Assembly (NCBI GenBank): GCA_963737265.1
Contig: CAVTRY010000021.1
Span: 1-64,000 of the forward strand
Direction: 5' to 3'
DNA length: 64,000 nucleotides
From: an uncultured delta proteobacterium
GTDB taxonomy: Bacteria; Myxococcota_A; Polyangia; Fen-1088
Part shown: positions 43,939 through 53,525 of the stretch, piece after piece
Layout of the letters: each line of letters opens with the position of its first letter
Numbering within the stretch: the stretch's first letter is position 1
Program-made: the position numbers and the translations under genes
The notes under the pieces: model-generated
Databases searched by the model: none
What the model saw: only the letters and a program-made list of their open reading frames with translations
What the model was told of the DNA's origin: nothing

Positions 43939-44562
43939 TCACAGCAAGAAGAAAATCAGCCCTACCTTGAGAGACGATCCGACGGCCTTGACCTTGGGGT
44001 CTTCGCCAAGCTGGACGACGGTCGTGGACCCGGTCGAGCTTTGCAGCGCGCTGTTGGCGTTGTGGATCTGCCCCCAAACCATCGACACTCCCCCGTGCAC
44101 GAAGAAAATGACGTTCTTGCCGCCGAAATCCAGGCCGGCGTGCGCGTTGGCGTAGTCGTAGCCGACTTGGCTGAGCAGTGGGCTGCCGCCGAACTGCCCG
44201 CCCACCAGACGGCGGACGACGCCATTCGCGTCGCCGTCATTGTAGTGGCCGTACTCCACCGCGACCGATGGGCCGGCGCCGAAGGGGATCAGGCTCAAAC
44301 CGCCGCGCCACCCCTTGCTGACCGAGTTGCTTCCACCACCACCATAGACACGGAGCCACTGCCACGGTCGCACCACCAACGAACCGATGGCCCCGTCTGG
44401 AATCCCAGCGTCCAACATCAGGCCCAGGCGCGGCCAGCTCTCCGTTTGCCGGGCGTTGGGCGCCGCCGCCACCGTGGTGGGTTCTTCCGCATACACACGG
44501 GGCGATGCGCCAGCACTCGCTGCCACCCCAACCAATGCGACCGTGACCAGTGCGAACCTCAT
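43939..44562 (-). CDS. Probable small outer-membrane beta-barrel protein
   Basis: Signal peptide; alternating Gly/aromatic strands; C-terminal KVGLIFFL. Confidence 0.7.
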   Translation of the reverse strand: MRFALVTVALVGVAASAGASPRVYAEEPTTVAAAPNARQTESWPRLGLMLDAGIPDGAIGSLVVRPWQWLRVYGGGGSNSVSKGWRGGLSLIPFGAGPSVAVEYGHYNDGDANGVVRRLVGGQFGGSPLLSQVGYDYANAHAGLDFGGKNVIFFVHGGVSMVWGQIHNANSALQSSTGSTTVVQLGEDPKVKAVGSSLKVGLIFFLL

Positions 44563-44568
44563 GACCCT

Positions 44569-44598
44569 ATTATATCGTCATTTTTATAGTAATGTCAA
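44569..44598 (-). promoter_or_regulatory. Perfect-consensus sigma70 promoter TTGACA-N18-TATAAT, probably producing a leaderless mRNA
   Basis: TGTCAA at 44593-98 and ATTATA at 44569-74 on the + strand; 6 nt from the -10 box to the ATG at 44562. Confidence 0.8.
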
Positions 44599-44770
44599 AT
44601 ACAATTTTTAGTGCCTAGAACTTTTGGGAGCTTTCTTACCCACAAACCTTGAAACGCCCACGCCCGTACCGTTACCATACAGACATGGTCGCCTTCCCCG
44701 GTGCGGGCCTGCCGCATGAGGCTCGGCGGCGAGTGTCGGGGCGGTAAAGGGGCTCATAGCGAGAAGATTC

Positions 44771-47143
44771 ATGGCGCGGGAGGTTAGTTACGTGGCGACG
44801 GTCGTCGCCGTGGTTCTGGGCGTGGCCCCGGGCCTCCTTCCCGTGGCCGTGGCGGACGATCTCCCCAACCCCGCGCCGGTAGAACCGGCGAAGGACATCG
44901 TTGACATGGATATCAGGGAGCTGGTGAAGGTGAGGGTTTCCCCTTTCGATGTCTCCACTCATCTTGACAACGGCTACCGCGCCTCCAACTCCGTGTCCGG
45001 CTCCCGCTTCGATACGCCTATCCGGGATCTCCCGTTCGCCATCCAGGCTTTCACCGAGCCATTTATCGCGGATCAGGAACCACGGGACATCTTCGATGTC
45101 GCGCGCTACTCGCCGGGGGTCACCTACCGCAGTAACGATTTCAACGAAGGCAACGCCAACCTTGCCATTCGCGGCTTTGCGGTCAGCTCGGTGGCCGGCG
45201 GCAATATCGCTATCTTGCGCGATGGTTTTCACGGCCCCACCATCTTCGACTTCACCAATATCTCGCGCGTGGAAGTAGTCAAGGGACCGGCGTCGTTCCT
45301 CTATGGCCAGCTCGCTCCCGGCGGCATCGTCAACATCATCACCAAGAGTCCGCAATCTCAGTTCGCTGCCAGCGCCGACGCCCGCTACGGCTCCTACGGC
45401 CAATACCGTTTCGACGCCGACGTGACTGGACCGTTGCGAAAGACGCTCTTTTTCCGGGTCGCCACCTCCTACGACCAGGATAGTCACTACTGGTGGCCCT
45501 ACGACGCCCGTTCCTGGGATGTCGCCCCGTCCTTGCTCTGGCAGCCGAGCGAGCGCGTGAGCGTTACCCTCAAGTTCGAGCACTTCTTCAAGAATGAGAC
45601 GCCGCAGCTCATGCAGAAGCCCGGCTACAGCGCCCAAGCAGGCGTCGTGCCGACCGCGGCCGATCCCAACCTGTCGGGCGTCGACGTGCCCGGCTTGCCC
45701 GACAACTGGAACAGCATGTCCTTCGCCGACTTCCGCCGCAGTGAAACCAACGGCCTTAGCGGATGGATCGATTTCAGGGCCGGCGATCACTGGAACCTGC
45801 GAATCGGATACTCCCACCAGGACAACACGATCGACGCGCTTGCCTCGGGCAACTTCGGCATGGCGAACAACACCACCCTCTTGCAAGGGCGCCGCCTCCG
45901 GCGACAGATTTTCACCAACCGTGACGACACCGGTGAAGTGCAAGCCGTCGGCAAGTACGCCTTCTCTCGAGCCAGCCTGCACCTGCTCCTCGGCGCGCAG
46001 TACGTCAACCGGGGTTTCGACGCCTGGGCAGCCCAGGCGCCCAACGACCCGGCGCTTGGCGGCGATCCCACGGCATCGCCGCTTCCACTTTGGAACCTGG
46101 GCGATCCATCTACCTGGAACCGAAACGTCACGATTCCATTGTCCGCACTAACCGCGAATCCAACCAGTCAGACCAACAACAACGTTGACAAGTCCGCCTA
46201 CGGAGGCACCACGCTCGGGTTCTTCGACGACCGCCTGCTCGTGCTGGCTGGCTGGCGCCTGACCTCAACCCAGGCCCAGTTCATCGATCGCGTGGCGCAG
46301 TACCAAAACCAATCCACCCCGACCGCAGTCACGCCCCAATATGGCGTGCTCTACAAGCTCACGACCGGGCTCTCGACATTCGCGTCCTATTCCGAATCCT
46401 TCGTCCCTGGCGGCACGATCCTGGTCACCCGCGCTGGCGGTACGACCTCGCCCGATGACCCGACCAGGGGAGAGGGCATCGACATCGGCGTCAAGGCCGA
46501 GTTCTTCGGCGGTCGGGCCTCCGGCACGATTACGTTCTTCGATGTCCGCAACCGCAACATCGTCAACGATCTGGCCTACACGGATTCATCCGGCTCGGTG
46601 ACGATCGAACACGTGCAAAGCGGCGAGCAGCGCTCCAGTGGCGTCGAAATGGATGCCACGATCACCGCGAACGACAACTGGCAAATCTACTCCTCCTACA
46701 GCTACATGGACGCGCGCATCACCGAGTTCAGCGGCAACGACGCGGCCATCCTCGCCCTGGACCCTTCCACGCTCGATGCCGCCGGGCAGGCGAACTACAA
46801 GAACGTAAAACTATTCCACAACGCCCCCTTGCAGATGAGCGCGCCCCACCTGGCCAATCTTTGGACCCGTTACAATCTCACGCAACCGGGGCTTCGTGGC
46901 CTCTTTGTCGCCGGCGGTTTCAATTTCGTGTACGACCAGACCCTATTGTCCGATACCCCTACGTCCGCGCACCAGACCTACACGTTGCTGAACGCGATGG
47001 TCGGCTATGGGCGGGCGTGGCGAGGGCATCGAATGGACGTGTGCCTCATGGGCAAGAATCTTGCCGACGAACACTACCGGCCGTCGCAAAGCACGCGTGG
47101 TCGACCACGCGAGATTCTTCTCACGCTGAAGGCGTGGTTCTAG
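44771..47143 (+). CDS. TonB-dependent outer-membrane receptor
   Basis: Plug domain (P..IQ.., IRGF, RVEVVKGPAS.LYG..PGG.VN) and barrel ending in F. Confidence 0.92.
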   Translation: MAREVSYVATVVAVVLGVAPGLLPVAVADDLPNPAPVEPAKDIVDMDIRELVKVRVSPFDVSTHLDNGYRASNSVSGSRFDTPIRDLPFAIQAFTEPFIADQEPRDIFDVARYSPGVTYRSNDFNEGNANLAIRGFAVSSVAGGNIAILRDGFHGPTIFDFTNISRVEVVKGPASFLYGQLAPGGIVNIITKSPQSQFAASADARYGSYGQYRFDADVTGPLRKTLFFRVATSYDQDSHYWWPYDARSWDVAPSLLWQPSERVSVTLKFEHFFKNETPQLMQKPGYSAQAGVVPTAADPNLSGVDVPGLPDNWNSMSFADFRRSETNGLSGWIDFRAGDHWNLRIGYSHQDNTIDALASGNFGMANNTTLLQGRRLRRQIFTNRDDTGEVQAVGKYAFSRASLHLLLGAQYVNRGFDAWAAQAPNDPALGGDPTASPLPLWNLGDPSTWNRNVTIPLSALTANPTSQTNNNVDKSAYGGTTLGFFDDRLLVLAGWRLTSTQAQFIDRVAQYQNQSTPTAVTPQYGVLYKLTTGLSTFASYSESFVPGGTILVTRAGGTTSPDDPTRGEGIDIGVKAEFFGGRASGTITFFDVRNRNIVNDLAYTDSSGSVTIEHVQSGEQRSSGVEMDATITANDNWQIYSSYSYMDARITEFSGNDAAILALDPSTLDAAGQANYKNVKLFHNAPLQMSAPHLANLWTRYNLTQPGLRGLFVAGGFNFVYDQTLLSDTPTSAHQTYTLLNAMVGYGRAWRGHRMDVCLMGKNLADEHYRPSQSTRGRPREILLTLKAWF

Positions 47144-47213
47144 GTCTAGAAATGCGGCGCCCAACGCCGAGACTCCCGCGCCCGCAAATCACTCCACAAG
47201 AAACACCGGCCTC

Positions 47214-49466
47214 CTAGCGCCGAAGCTGCCTGCGGACCGCGTTCAGCAGCGCCTCTGCCGGGAGGGGCTTTACCAAGAGCTCCGGCACACCAAGGGCTGA
47301 AAGTTGCGCTCTATTTGCCTCGACATCGAGTCCGGTAGCAGCGATCACCTTGACATCGGGCTTTGACGCTTTCAACGAGCGAACCAGTTCTATCCCGTCC
47401 ATCGCAGGCATCATGAGGTCGGTTATCACAAGTCGTATTTCGTCTCGAAACGGTCGAAAGAGGTCGAGGGCTTCCTGTCCGTTGGAAGCCATCAGCACGC
47501 GATAGCCCTGTCTCTCCAGGAGTCGTCGAAGGACGGCTCGGATGGCCGCTTCGTCATCGACAATCAGAATCAATTCGCCGGCGCCGCTTGCCAGCAGGGA
47601 TCTGGGCGATGACTGGGGAAGAATGTAAGCTTCGGTCGTCGCGGGCAGGAAAACCCTAAAGATGCTTCCCTTTCCCAACTCCGTGTCGACTCGCACAAAT
47701 CCGTCATGGCTCTTCACGATGGCAAGCAGGGTTGAAAGGCCAAGGCCGGAGCCCTTGCCCAAAGCCTTGGTCGTGAAGAACGGATCGAAAATCCGGTTGA
47801 GGACTTCCGGCTCGATTCCCTGGCCGGTGTCTGCGACCGACATCTCCACATAGGGACCGGGTTTCGCGCGCGGGTCGATTCTTGTGGCATCCTCGCCCAG
47901 GGTGACGTTCTTCGCAGCAGCAGTCAGGGTGCCTCCCTCGGGCATCGCGTCCCTTGCGTTCACGCAAAGATTCATCAGCACCTGGTGAAGTTGCGTGGCA
48001 TCGGCTTGTACAGTCCAAAGATCCGTCGGGGATGCGTCCACAATCTCGATGTTACGCGGAAAGGTCTCGCGCATGATCTTGACCATTTCCTTAAGCAAAT
48101 GCGCTGGATGGATCTGCGTGTGCGCTCCTTCGACGCCGCGACCGAAAAGAAGGAGTTGGCGGATGATGCTGGCACCGCGCCGTGCGCTGCCTTCGATCAT
48201 CGCGACGGTTTCCAAATCCTGGGCGGCGTACAGTTGGTCCTTTAAGATGTCGCACGCCATCAGGATGGGAGAGAGAATGTTGTTCAAGTCGTGCGCAACG
48301 CCGCTGGCCAGTGTGCCGACCACTTCCATGCGCTGGGCATGCAAATACTGTTTTTCCAACTGTTTTCGTTCGGTCAGGTCGTTGAACATACCGACGAAGC
48401 CCGTCACTTGGCCATGGTCGTCTCGCAGGGCTGTCACCGACAGAAGGACCGCCACATGCGTGCCGTCCTTGCGAACGAAAGTCCACTCGTATTCATCCGG
48501 CAGGCCGTGACGGGCGAGGCTCGCGAATACGGCGAAGTCGGGGGCAATCTTCTCGCCCAGTTTCGCGGATAACTGGCGCGCCCGCTGCACGACCTCCTCC
48601 GCGTCGTGCCAGATCATGGGAGTCCGTTTGCCAACGACCTCGACAGCCACATAGCCCAGCAGACGCGCGGCTGCGGTATTGAAGCTGCTGACGGTGCCTT
48701 CTGGCGTGGTGGAAACGATGCCGTAGGCGGCGTTGTCGAGCAGGGTGCGCTGAAACAGGGTGAGCCGGCGCAAGTCGTTTTCCCTCTCGCGCACGGCGAC
48801 GATCATCGCATCGAAACTACGGCCGAGACTAGCGACTTCATCGCTGCCGGTGCCGCGCAGCTTCAGGCTGTAGTCGCCCCGAGCTCGAACGCGCTCGGCA
48901 GCCTCTGCCAAGGTCGCGATGGGACGAATGATGGTTCGTTGAAGAACCGCCACCTGGCCAAAGGTGATTGCCAACAGGACGAGCATGGCCGCGGCGGCCA
49001 TCCAGTACACCTGTCGGGCCTGCCGACCGATTTGGCCGAGACTCATGGTTAGGGCCAACTGACCGCCTCGCTGCAGGCCCTGCACGAGGTGGGCGGTGTT
49101 GCTGCTCAGGTAGATGCCGTTGGCCTTGGGCCACGAAGAGGGCTGTCTGTCGGCGGGCGCGCGGCTGTAGCTTGCCAGCGTCCGACCGTCCTCCAAAATG
49201 ATGGCCGCTTCCATGATTTGAGGGTCGGCCCGCAGGGTATTCAAAATCTCCTGCGCGCGGACCGGATCCTCGAATGACACCGCCGCGTTTGCGCCGACGG
49301 AGACCAATTGCGCATAGGGCTCCATGGCCTGACTGGCGCGTCCCGCGATCGTGAGGCTGTCGGCCAGCATCAGCGCTCCTCCCCCCACCACGAAGGCGAG
49401 GAGGAACGCGCCCCACAAGACGAGGGCGAGCTTGTTGCGGATATCGAGACGCCGGAACACGGTCAC
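47214..49466 (-). CDS. Hybrid sensor kinase (periplasmic CHASE8-like, HAMP, PAS, HisKA, HATPase, REC)
   Basis: AAVSFEDP..A.E.L..L sensor domain; HAMP; GVAHDLNN; NARDAM; FFTTK..GKG.GLGL; REC. Confidence 0.92.
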   Translation of the reverse strand: MTVFRRLDIRNKLALVLWGAFLLAFVVGGGALMLADSLTIAGRASQAMEPYAQLVSVGANAAVSFEDPVRAQEILNTLRADPQIMEAAIILEDGRTLASYSRAPADRQPSSWPKANGIYLSSNTAHLVQGLQRGGQLALTMSLGQIGRQARQVYWMAAAAMLVLLAITFGQVAVLQRTIIRPIATLAEAAERVRARGDYSLKLRGTGSDEVASLGRSFDAMIVAVRERENDLRRLTLFQRTLLDNAAYGIVSTTPEGTVSSFNTAAARLLGYVAVEVVGKRTPMIWHDAEEVVQRARQLSAKLGEKIAPDFAVFASLARHGLPDEYEWTFVRKDGTHVAVLLSVTALRDDHGQVTGFVGMFNDLTERKQLEKQYLHAQRMEVVGTLASGVAHDLNNILSPILMACDILKDQLYAAQDLETVAMIEGSARRGASIIRQLLLFGRGVEGAHTQIHPAHLLKEMVKIMRETFPRNIEIVDASPTDLWTVQADATQLHQVLMNLCVNARDAMPEGGTLTAAAKNVTLGEDATRIDPRAKPGPYVEMSVADTGQGIEPEVLNRIFDPFFTTKALGKGSGLGLSTLLAIVKSHDGFVRVDTELGKGSIFRVFLPATTEAYILPQSSPRSLLASGAGELILIVDDEAAIRAVLRRLLERQGYRVLMASNGQEALDLFRPFRDEIRLVITDLMMPAMDGIELVRSLKASKPDVKVIAATGLDVEANRAQLSALGVPELLVKPLPAEALLNAVRRQLRR

Positions 49467-50068
49467 CTCATCCTCCTGATCACGCCGTGTTCCAGGACTT
49501 CGGTGGACACTTCCAACATTTCGGTCGGAATGTTCAGGAAAACGGCGCGGGCTTGATCGAGATTCACGCTCATCTGCACTCGGTCGCCGAGTTTGAGCCG
49601 AATGATTCCCCCTTCGCGCAGGATCTCGGCCGCATCTCCAACGGTTAGCGCCGGTTTGTCCTTGAGAGCGGCTAGCACGGCACGACGTCTATTGGAATTC
49701 TCGAACCCGATGAAGATGATCTGGCATGGAGGCAGTCTATTGGGCGAATCTGCGGAATAGATTTCGAACGCGCGATTGTGTTCGGTGTGCCCTCCAAGGG
49801 ACTTTTCGAGCACTTCGCCGAAACTGGCGTTTCCCAATACCCCTATACGCCAGGGAGATTGGGCACTCTCGAAAGCGGACGCTGGCCACGTCACATAATG
49901 TGCAAAATTGCGGAGAAAGGCGGCCTCGACGCGGTTTGGATTCTCAAGCGCGTCCTCTTGCCCCGCGACATGCCCGCTTGGCAGCAGCCCGAGCAAGAGA
50001 AGGAACAGGCAGAGACTAACGGCGCGGAATGCGCTGGCTCTCTGGCGTGAGTCGAGATTCTCGTTCAT
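49463..50068 (-). CDS. YfiR-family periplasmic protein
   Basis: AAFL.NFA.YV.WP, C.IIFI, LTVGD, GG.I.L, VNL..A; stop overlaps the kinase start (GTGA). Confidence 0.88.
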   Translation of the reverse strand: MNENLDSRQRASAFRAVSLCLFLLLLGLLPSGHVAGQEDALENPNRVEAAFLRNFAHYVTWPASAFESAQSPWRIGVLGNASFGEVLEKSLGGHTEHNRAFEIYSADSPNRLPPCQIIFIGFENSNRRRAVLAALKDKPALTVGDAAEILREGGIIRLKLGDRVQMSVNLDQARAVFLNIPTEMLEVSTEVLEHGVIRRMR

Positions 50069-50164
50069 TCCGACACGGCCGAAAGGAAAGCTGGTGAGCT
50101 CCTGCGATCAGAATGGTACTCCAATCCTTCCAGCCAGGACAGGGCGGAGCCGACCCTCCGACCC

Positions 50165-50281
50165 TCGTAATCCCGCGATAGCCGCAGAAAGTCCTGGCCG
50201 TGGTCGTGGTCGTGGTCGTGGCCGTGGCCGGAGTGATCTTCGTCGGCCAGAGGCCACGACGACGACGTTTACGACCACCAT
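50165..50281 (-). mobile_element. MITE-like element, copy C (one TIR retained)
   Basis: Reverse complement reads GGTGGTCGTAAACGTCGTCGTCGT..GGCCGACGAAGATCACTCCGGCCAC(GRCCAC)n..TTCTGCGGCTATCGCGGGATTACGA. Confidence 0.8.
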
Positions 50282-50337
50282 GACGTAAGCAAGAATCCAT
50301 GGCAGGGGAATTCGTGCATTTTGTCGGAGACGATCCG

Positions 50338-50925
50338 CTAAAGAAAAATGGCACCCTGGCGCACGATTTCGATTCTATCGCCGTGGACACGCACGAGCGT
50401 GCTCGGCGGACCGCCCGGCGTCCCGCCTCCGTCGAGAAGATTGAAGTCCTTGCCGGAAAAGTGCGTGACGACTCCGGCCGCGGTTCGTGCGGGAGCTGCG
50501 CCGCCGGGATTGGCGCTGGTGGCTGTAATGGGACGCCCTACCGCAACGACCAGCGCCTGGGCCACTGTATGCGGCGAGACCCGAGCGGCGACGAATCCGT
50601 CGTACACGACAGCCGCCGGCAAGTCCGGACGCGCCGGCAAGGCAAGCGTCAGCGGCCCCGGCCAATAGGTCGCCGCCAGCTCGCGCGCTCGCGCCGGCAC
50701 GTCCGCACACAACCCGGCAAACATCTCCAAATCGGCGACCAGTAACGCACTTGCCTTCTTTGCGCCCCGCCCCTTGAACGCAAACAGCGCCGCCAAAGCG
50801 CGCATATCGAGCGCGTCGACCGCGAGCCCGTAGGAGGTCTCGGTTGGAAAGGCGACGATCTCGCCACGACGGATAGCCGCGGCCGCTTCAGGGATTTGGG
50901 CAGGCGAGAACGTCCTCACTGGCAT
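50338..50925 (-). CDS. tsaC: L-threonylcarbamoyladenylate synthase (TsaC/YrdC type)
   Basis: AFPTETSYGL, K.R, WPGPLT, TSAN, PST motifs. Confidence 0.9.
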   Translation of the reverse strand: MPVRTFSPAQIPEAAAAIRRGEIVAFPTETSYGLAVDALDMRALAALFAFKGRGAKKASALLVADLEMFAGLCADVPARARELAATYWPGPLTLALPARPDLPAAVVYDGFVAARVSPHTVAQALVVAVGRPITATSANPGGAAPARTAAGVVTHFSGKDFNLLDGGGTPGGPPSTLVRVHGDRIEIVRQGAIFL

Positions 50926-50938
50926 ACGGATTTCCGGG

Positions 50939-53503
50939 TTACGGACAGCTTCTGACCTCGACGGCGGCGCTGCCACGCGGGCCGAATCGTTTGAGCACGC
51001 TCACCTTGGCCTTGCTGCCAGGCTTGCCAAGCAGCGGCAGCACGCCTTGCAGCAGTTTCTCGGGCTCCGCGCCGCGCACGACGATGTCGGGCTTGCCTTC
51101 AAATGCCTCCTCGAACTCGATGCGCACGCGCGGGCCGAGCGATCCGACCAGGGCGCGCAGATCCTCCAACAGGGCGCTGGTAATACCCTCGGTGAATTGC
51201 CCGTTCTTGCCGCGGCACGGGCGCAAGACGATGCCCCGATCCTGAAATGCAGGCTCGTTCGCTTGGGTGGCCTCCCAGGTGGCGAGCGGCGCTGGAGGAT
51301 CCGGCGGCCGCTGAAACCAGCCCTGCGGAATGGTGAGAAACACCGCGCCCCGGCCGGCCAAACCAACCACAAGTCTGCCATCCGGGGCTTCGGCCAGGGC
51401 GACAACTTCGCTGTCGGCGGCCATGGGAACGGAAGGGTGCACGGGATCCGCGTGTTTCCGGTCGCGCAGGACCCACAGACCGCGACCACCCAACCACAAC
51501 CGCTTGGTGCCATCGCGCATGAACAGATTGACTTCGTCGCCGAGTCCCTCCGGCCTCAACAACTCGCACGTGCCCCACCTGATGTTGAAGACGCAAAGTC
51601 CACGATCGGTGGCCAGCAGCAGCTCGTCCTTGTTGCCCCACGTCGTCGCATCGCGGATCTGAAGCCGACGGCCATCCAGCTTCACCGGCACTTCGTCAAT
51701 GAGCGGCACGCCACCCGCTTCGTTGCTGTCGAGCCGGACCAGCGCCCAACTCGCAGCGGCGACGGGCAGGCCATAGAACGGCGGCATGAATCCTTCGACG
51801 AAATGCAGGGGTTCGCCAATCGCCGATCTGAACGTGTTTTGGGCTCTTCTTCCGGCCGAGACCAGCGCGCCGGGGCTACCAGCGGCGCTGTCCGGCGTCG
51901 ACCGCATGACCAAGCGCCAGTGGCCGCCCGAAAAGCTCCATAGGCCCTGGTCGTCCACGTTCCAGAGCTGCCTGTCAGGCGTCGCGAACGTGTCATCCGG
52001 CTCGATGGGCAGCTCTTCTCGACCGAGGACGGTGAGAACCTTGCCATCCCACCGCGCCGTGAGAAAAACGTCGCGCAGGCCGTGCACGTGCCCGATGTAG
52101 TGGCGCGGCGGACCCGCCTTGGCAATGACGTAACTGACTTCCCCTTCGATGGGGATGGTCGTCATGGCGGCCCATTGTCGTTCCTTTTCGCCCGGCCTGG
52201 CTGAGCCCATAAGCTCGGCCGGCGGCACGACCGGATCGGGCAAGGGATGCCACCCGCCCTTGGAATAGAACAGCGGTCCACCATCGCCGTAAAAGGCGAT
52301 TCCGTCCGCCAGTCGCACGATCTCGGTCGGGCGCGTGACCGTGTTCTGTCCATCTAACAGGTGGCGCCGCGTGTAGTCGGGGGTGACCTCCAGAAAACCA
52401 CCGCGAGCCAAAGTGACCAGGATGCCATGGTTCGCAAGATGTGCCTGCCCGACGGCATGAAGGGCGTCGTCTTCGCGGTGCCCGGTTGCCAAGGGGTCGA
52501 GCGGTTTCCAACTGGCCAGGCTCTTGTCGACCACCGAAACGCCGTTGTCCGAGACGACGAGAACACCCACGGGCTCGGCGGCTTCGAGGATGTGGGTAAT
52601 CGGAGTCGTGGGCCAGGCATCGTCGCCCGCACGACGTTTCCCGGTGGGCGAATAGATCGCAACTGGCTTGGCGCCGGGCGCCAGCCGGATGACAAAGCTG
52701 GACATCTCGCCGGATCGTTCCACCCCGCCGAAGGCCCACACCTGCCGGTCGGACAGCTCAACGAATCCCCGCACGCCATCCCAGCGGCCCTTGAACCCAA
52801 CCTCCTTCGCTGCTCCGCTAGCGAGATCGATGACGTGCAGCTTGCCGGCGCTCGCGACCCACAGCCGGTCACCGCTGTCGAGGAAGAGAATCGGCCGGGG
52901 GCCGACCTCGTAGGTCCGCCCCTGCCCTTCGTCCTTGATGACGATGTCCTCGCCGCTTTGGCTGGTTTGATACGCGACGACCAGCGCGCCGTCCGTCGAT
53001 CGCTTTCCGATCCAGCGCGGCACGCCGGGCACGTCGGCAATCCGTTCCAGGGAAAGATCCTCGGCGGCGACCCGCACGATGACGCCATTCGCAATGCCCG
53101 CCAGCATGTGAGTCTTGTCCGCCGGGCCAAGACAGGTCGCCCGACGCCGCAGGACTTTTTGGTCGCGCACGGCAAAGGTTTCGCGATCGAAACTGAGAAC
53201 GTGCCCGGACGCGGACAACGCCAGCAAGCGCTCCCCGACGAACCGACTGTCGACGATGGCATTCCCATCAAAGTGGTACTCAATTCCCAGCTTGGGGGGC
53301 AGGGCTTTGTGCTTGATGTGAAAAACAACGTGGCGGGGTTTGTCCGCGCCGTCCGAGTCCGCGTCGGAATCATCCGAGCCGGCCGGATGCCACAGGAATG
53401 TGGCAACTCCGGCGATAAGGATCGCTCCGACCAGGGCAAGAATCAGCGGACGCCTGCTTCGTCGAGGAGATTGGGGAGCTGCACCCTCTGGAACGTCACC
53501 CAT
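50939..53503 (-). CDS. Membrane-anchored hypothetical protein, probable beta-propeller
   Basis: N-terminal TM helix; D..RLW and DG.L.VG propeller-blade-like repeats. Confidence 0.7.
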   Translation of the reverse strand: MGDVPEGAAPQSPRRSRRPLILALVGAILIAGVATFLWHPAGSDDSDADSDGADKPRHVVFHIKHKALPPKLGIEYHFDGNAIVDSRFVGERLLALSASGHVLSFDRETFAVRDQKVLRRRATCLGPADKTHMLAGIANGVIVRVAAEDLSLERIADVPGVPRWIGKRSTDGALVVAYQTSQSGEDIVIKDEGQGRTYEVGPRPILFLDSGDRLWVASAGKLHVIDLASGAAKEVGFKGRWDGVRGFVELSDRQVWAFGGVERSGEMSSFVIRLAPGAKPVAIYSPTGKRRAGDDAWPTTPITHILEAAEPVGVLVVSDNGVSVVDKSLASWKPLDPLATGHREDDALHAVGQAHLANHGILVTLARGGFLEVTPDYTRRHLLDGQNTVTRPTEIVRLADGIAFYGDGGPLFYSKGGWHPLPDPVVPPAELMGSARPGEKERQWAAMTTIPIEGEVSYVIAKAGPPRHYIGHVHGLRDVFLTARWDGKVLTVLGREELPIEPDDTFATPDRQLWNVDDQGLWSFSGGHWRLVMRSTPDSAAGSPGALVSAGRRAQNTFRSAIGEPLHFVEGFMPPFYGLPVAAASWALVRLDSNEAGGVPLIDEVPVKLDGRRLQIRDATTWGNKDELLLATDRGLCVFNIRWGTCELLRPEGLGDEVNLFMRDGTKRLWLGGRGLWVLRDRKHADPVHPSVPMAADSEVVALAEAPDGRLVVGLAGRGAVFLTIPQGWFQRPPDPPAPLATWEATQANEPAFQDRGIVLRPCRGKNGQFTEGITSALLEDLRALVGSLGPRVRIEFEEAFEGKPDIVVRGAEPEKLLQGVLPLLGKPGSKAKVSVLKRFGPRGSAAVEVRSCP

Positions 53504-53525
53504 GCGTCGGTCGGCCTAGAATACA

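Noticed and set aside
44640-44770. Possible cobalamin or other riboswitch before the TonB receptor
   Set aside because: No recognisable B12-box or other conserved aptamer motifs.
50190-50280. Hexamer runs as a CRISPR array or as GRGRGR / poly-Val / poly-Thr peptides
   Set aside because: No repeat-spacer periodicity and no cas genes; the peptides are translations of the mobile-element core.
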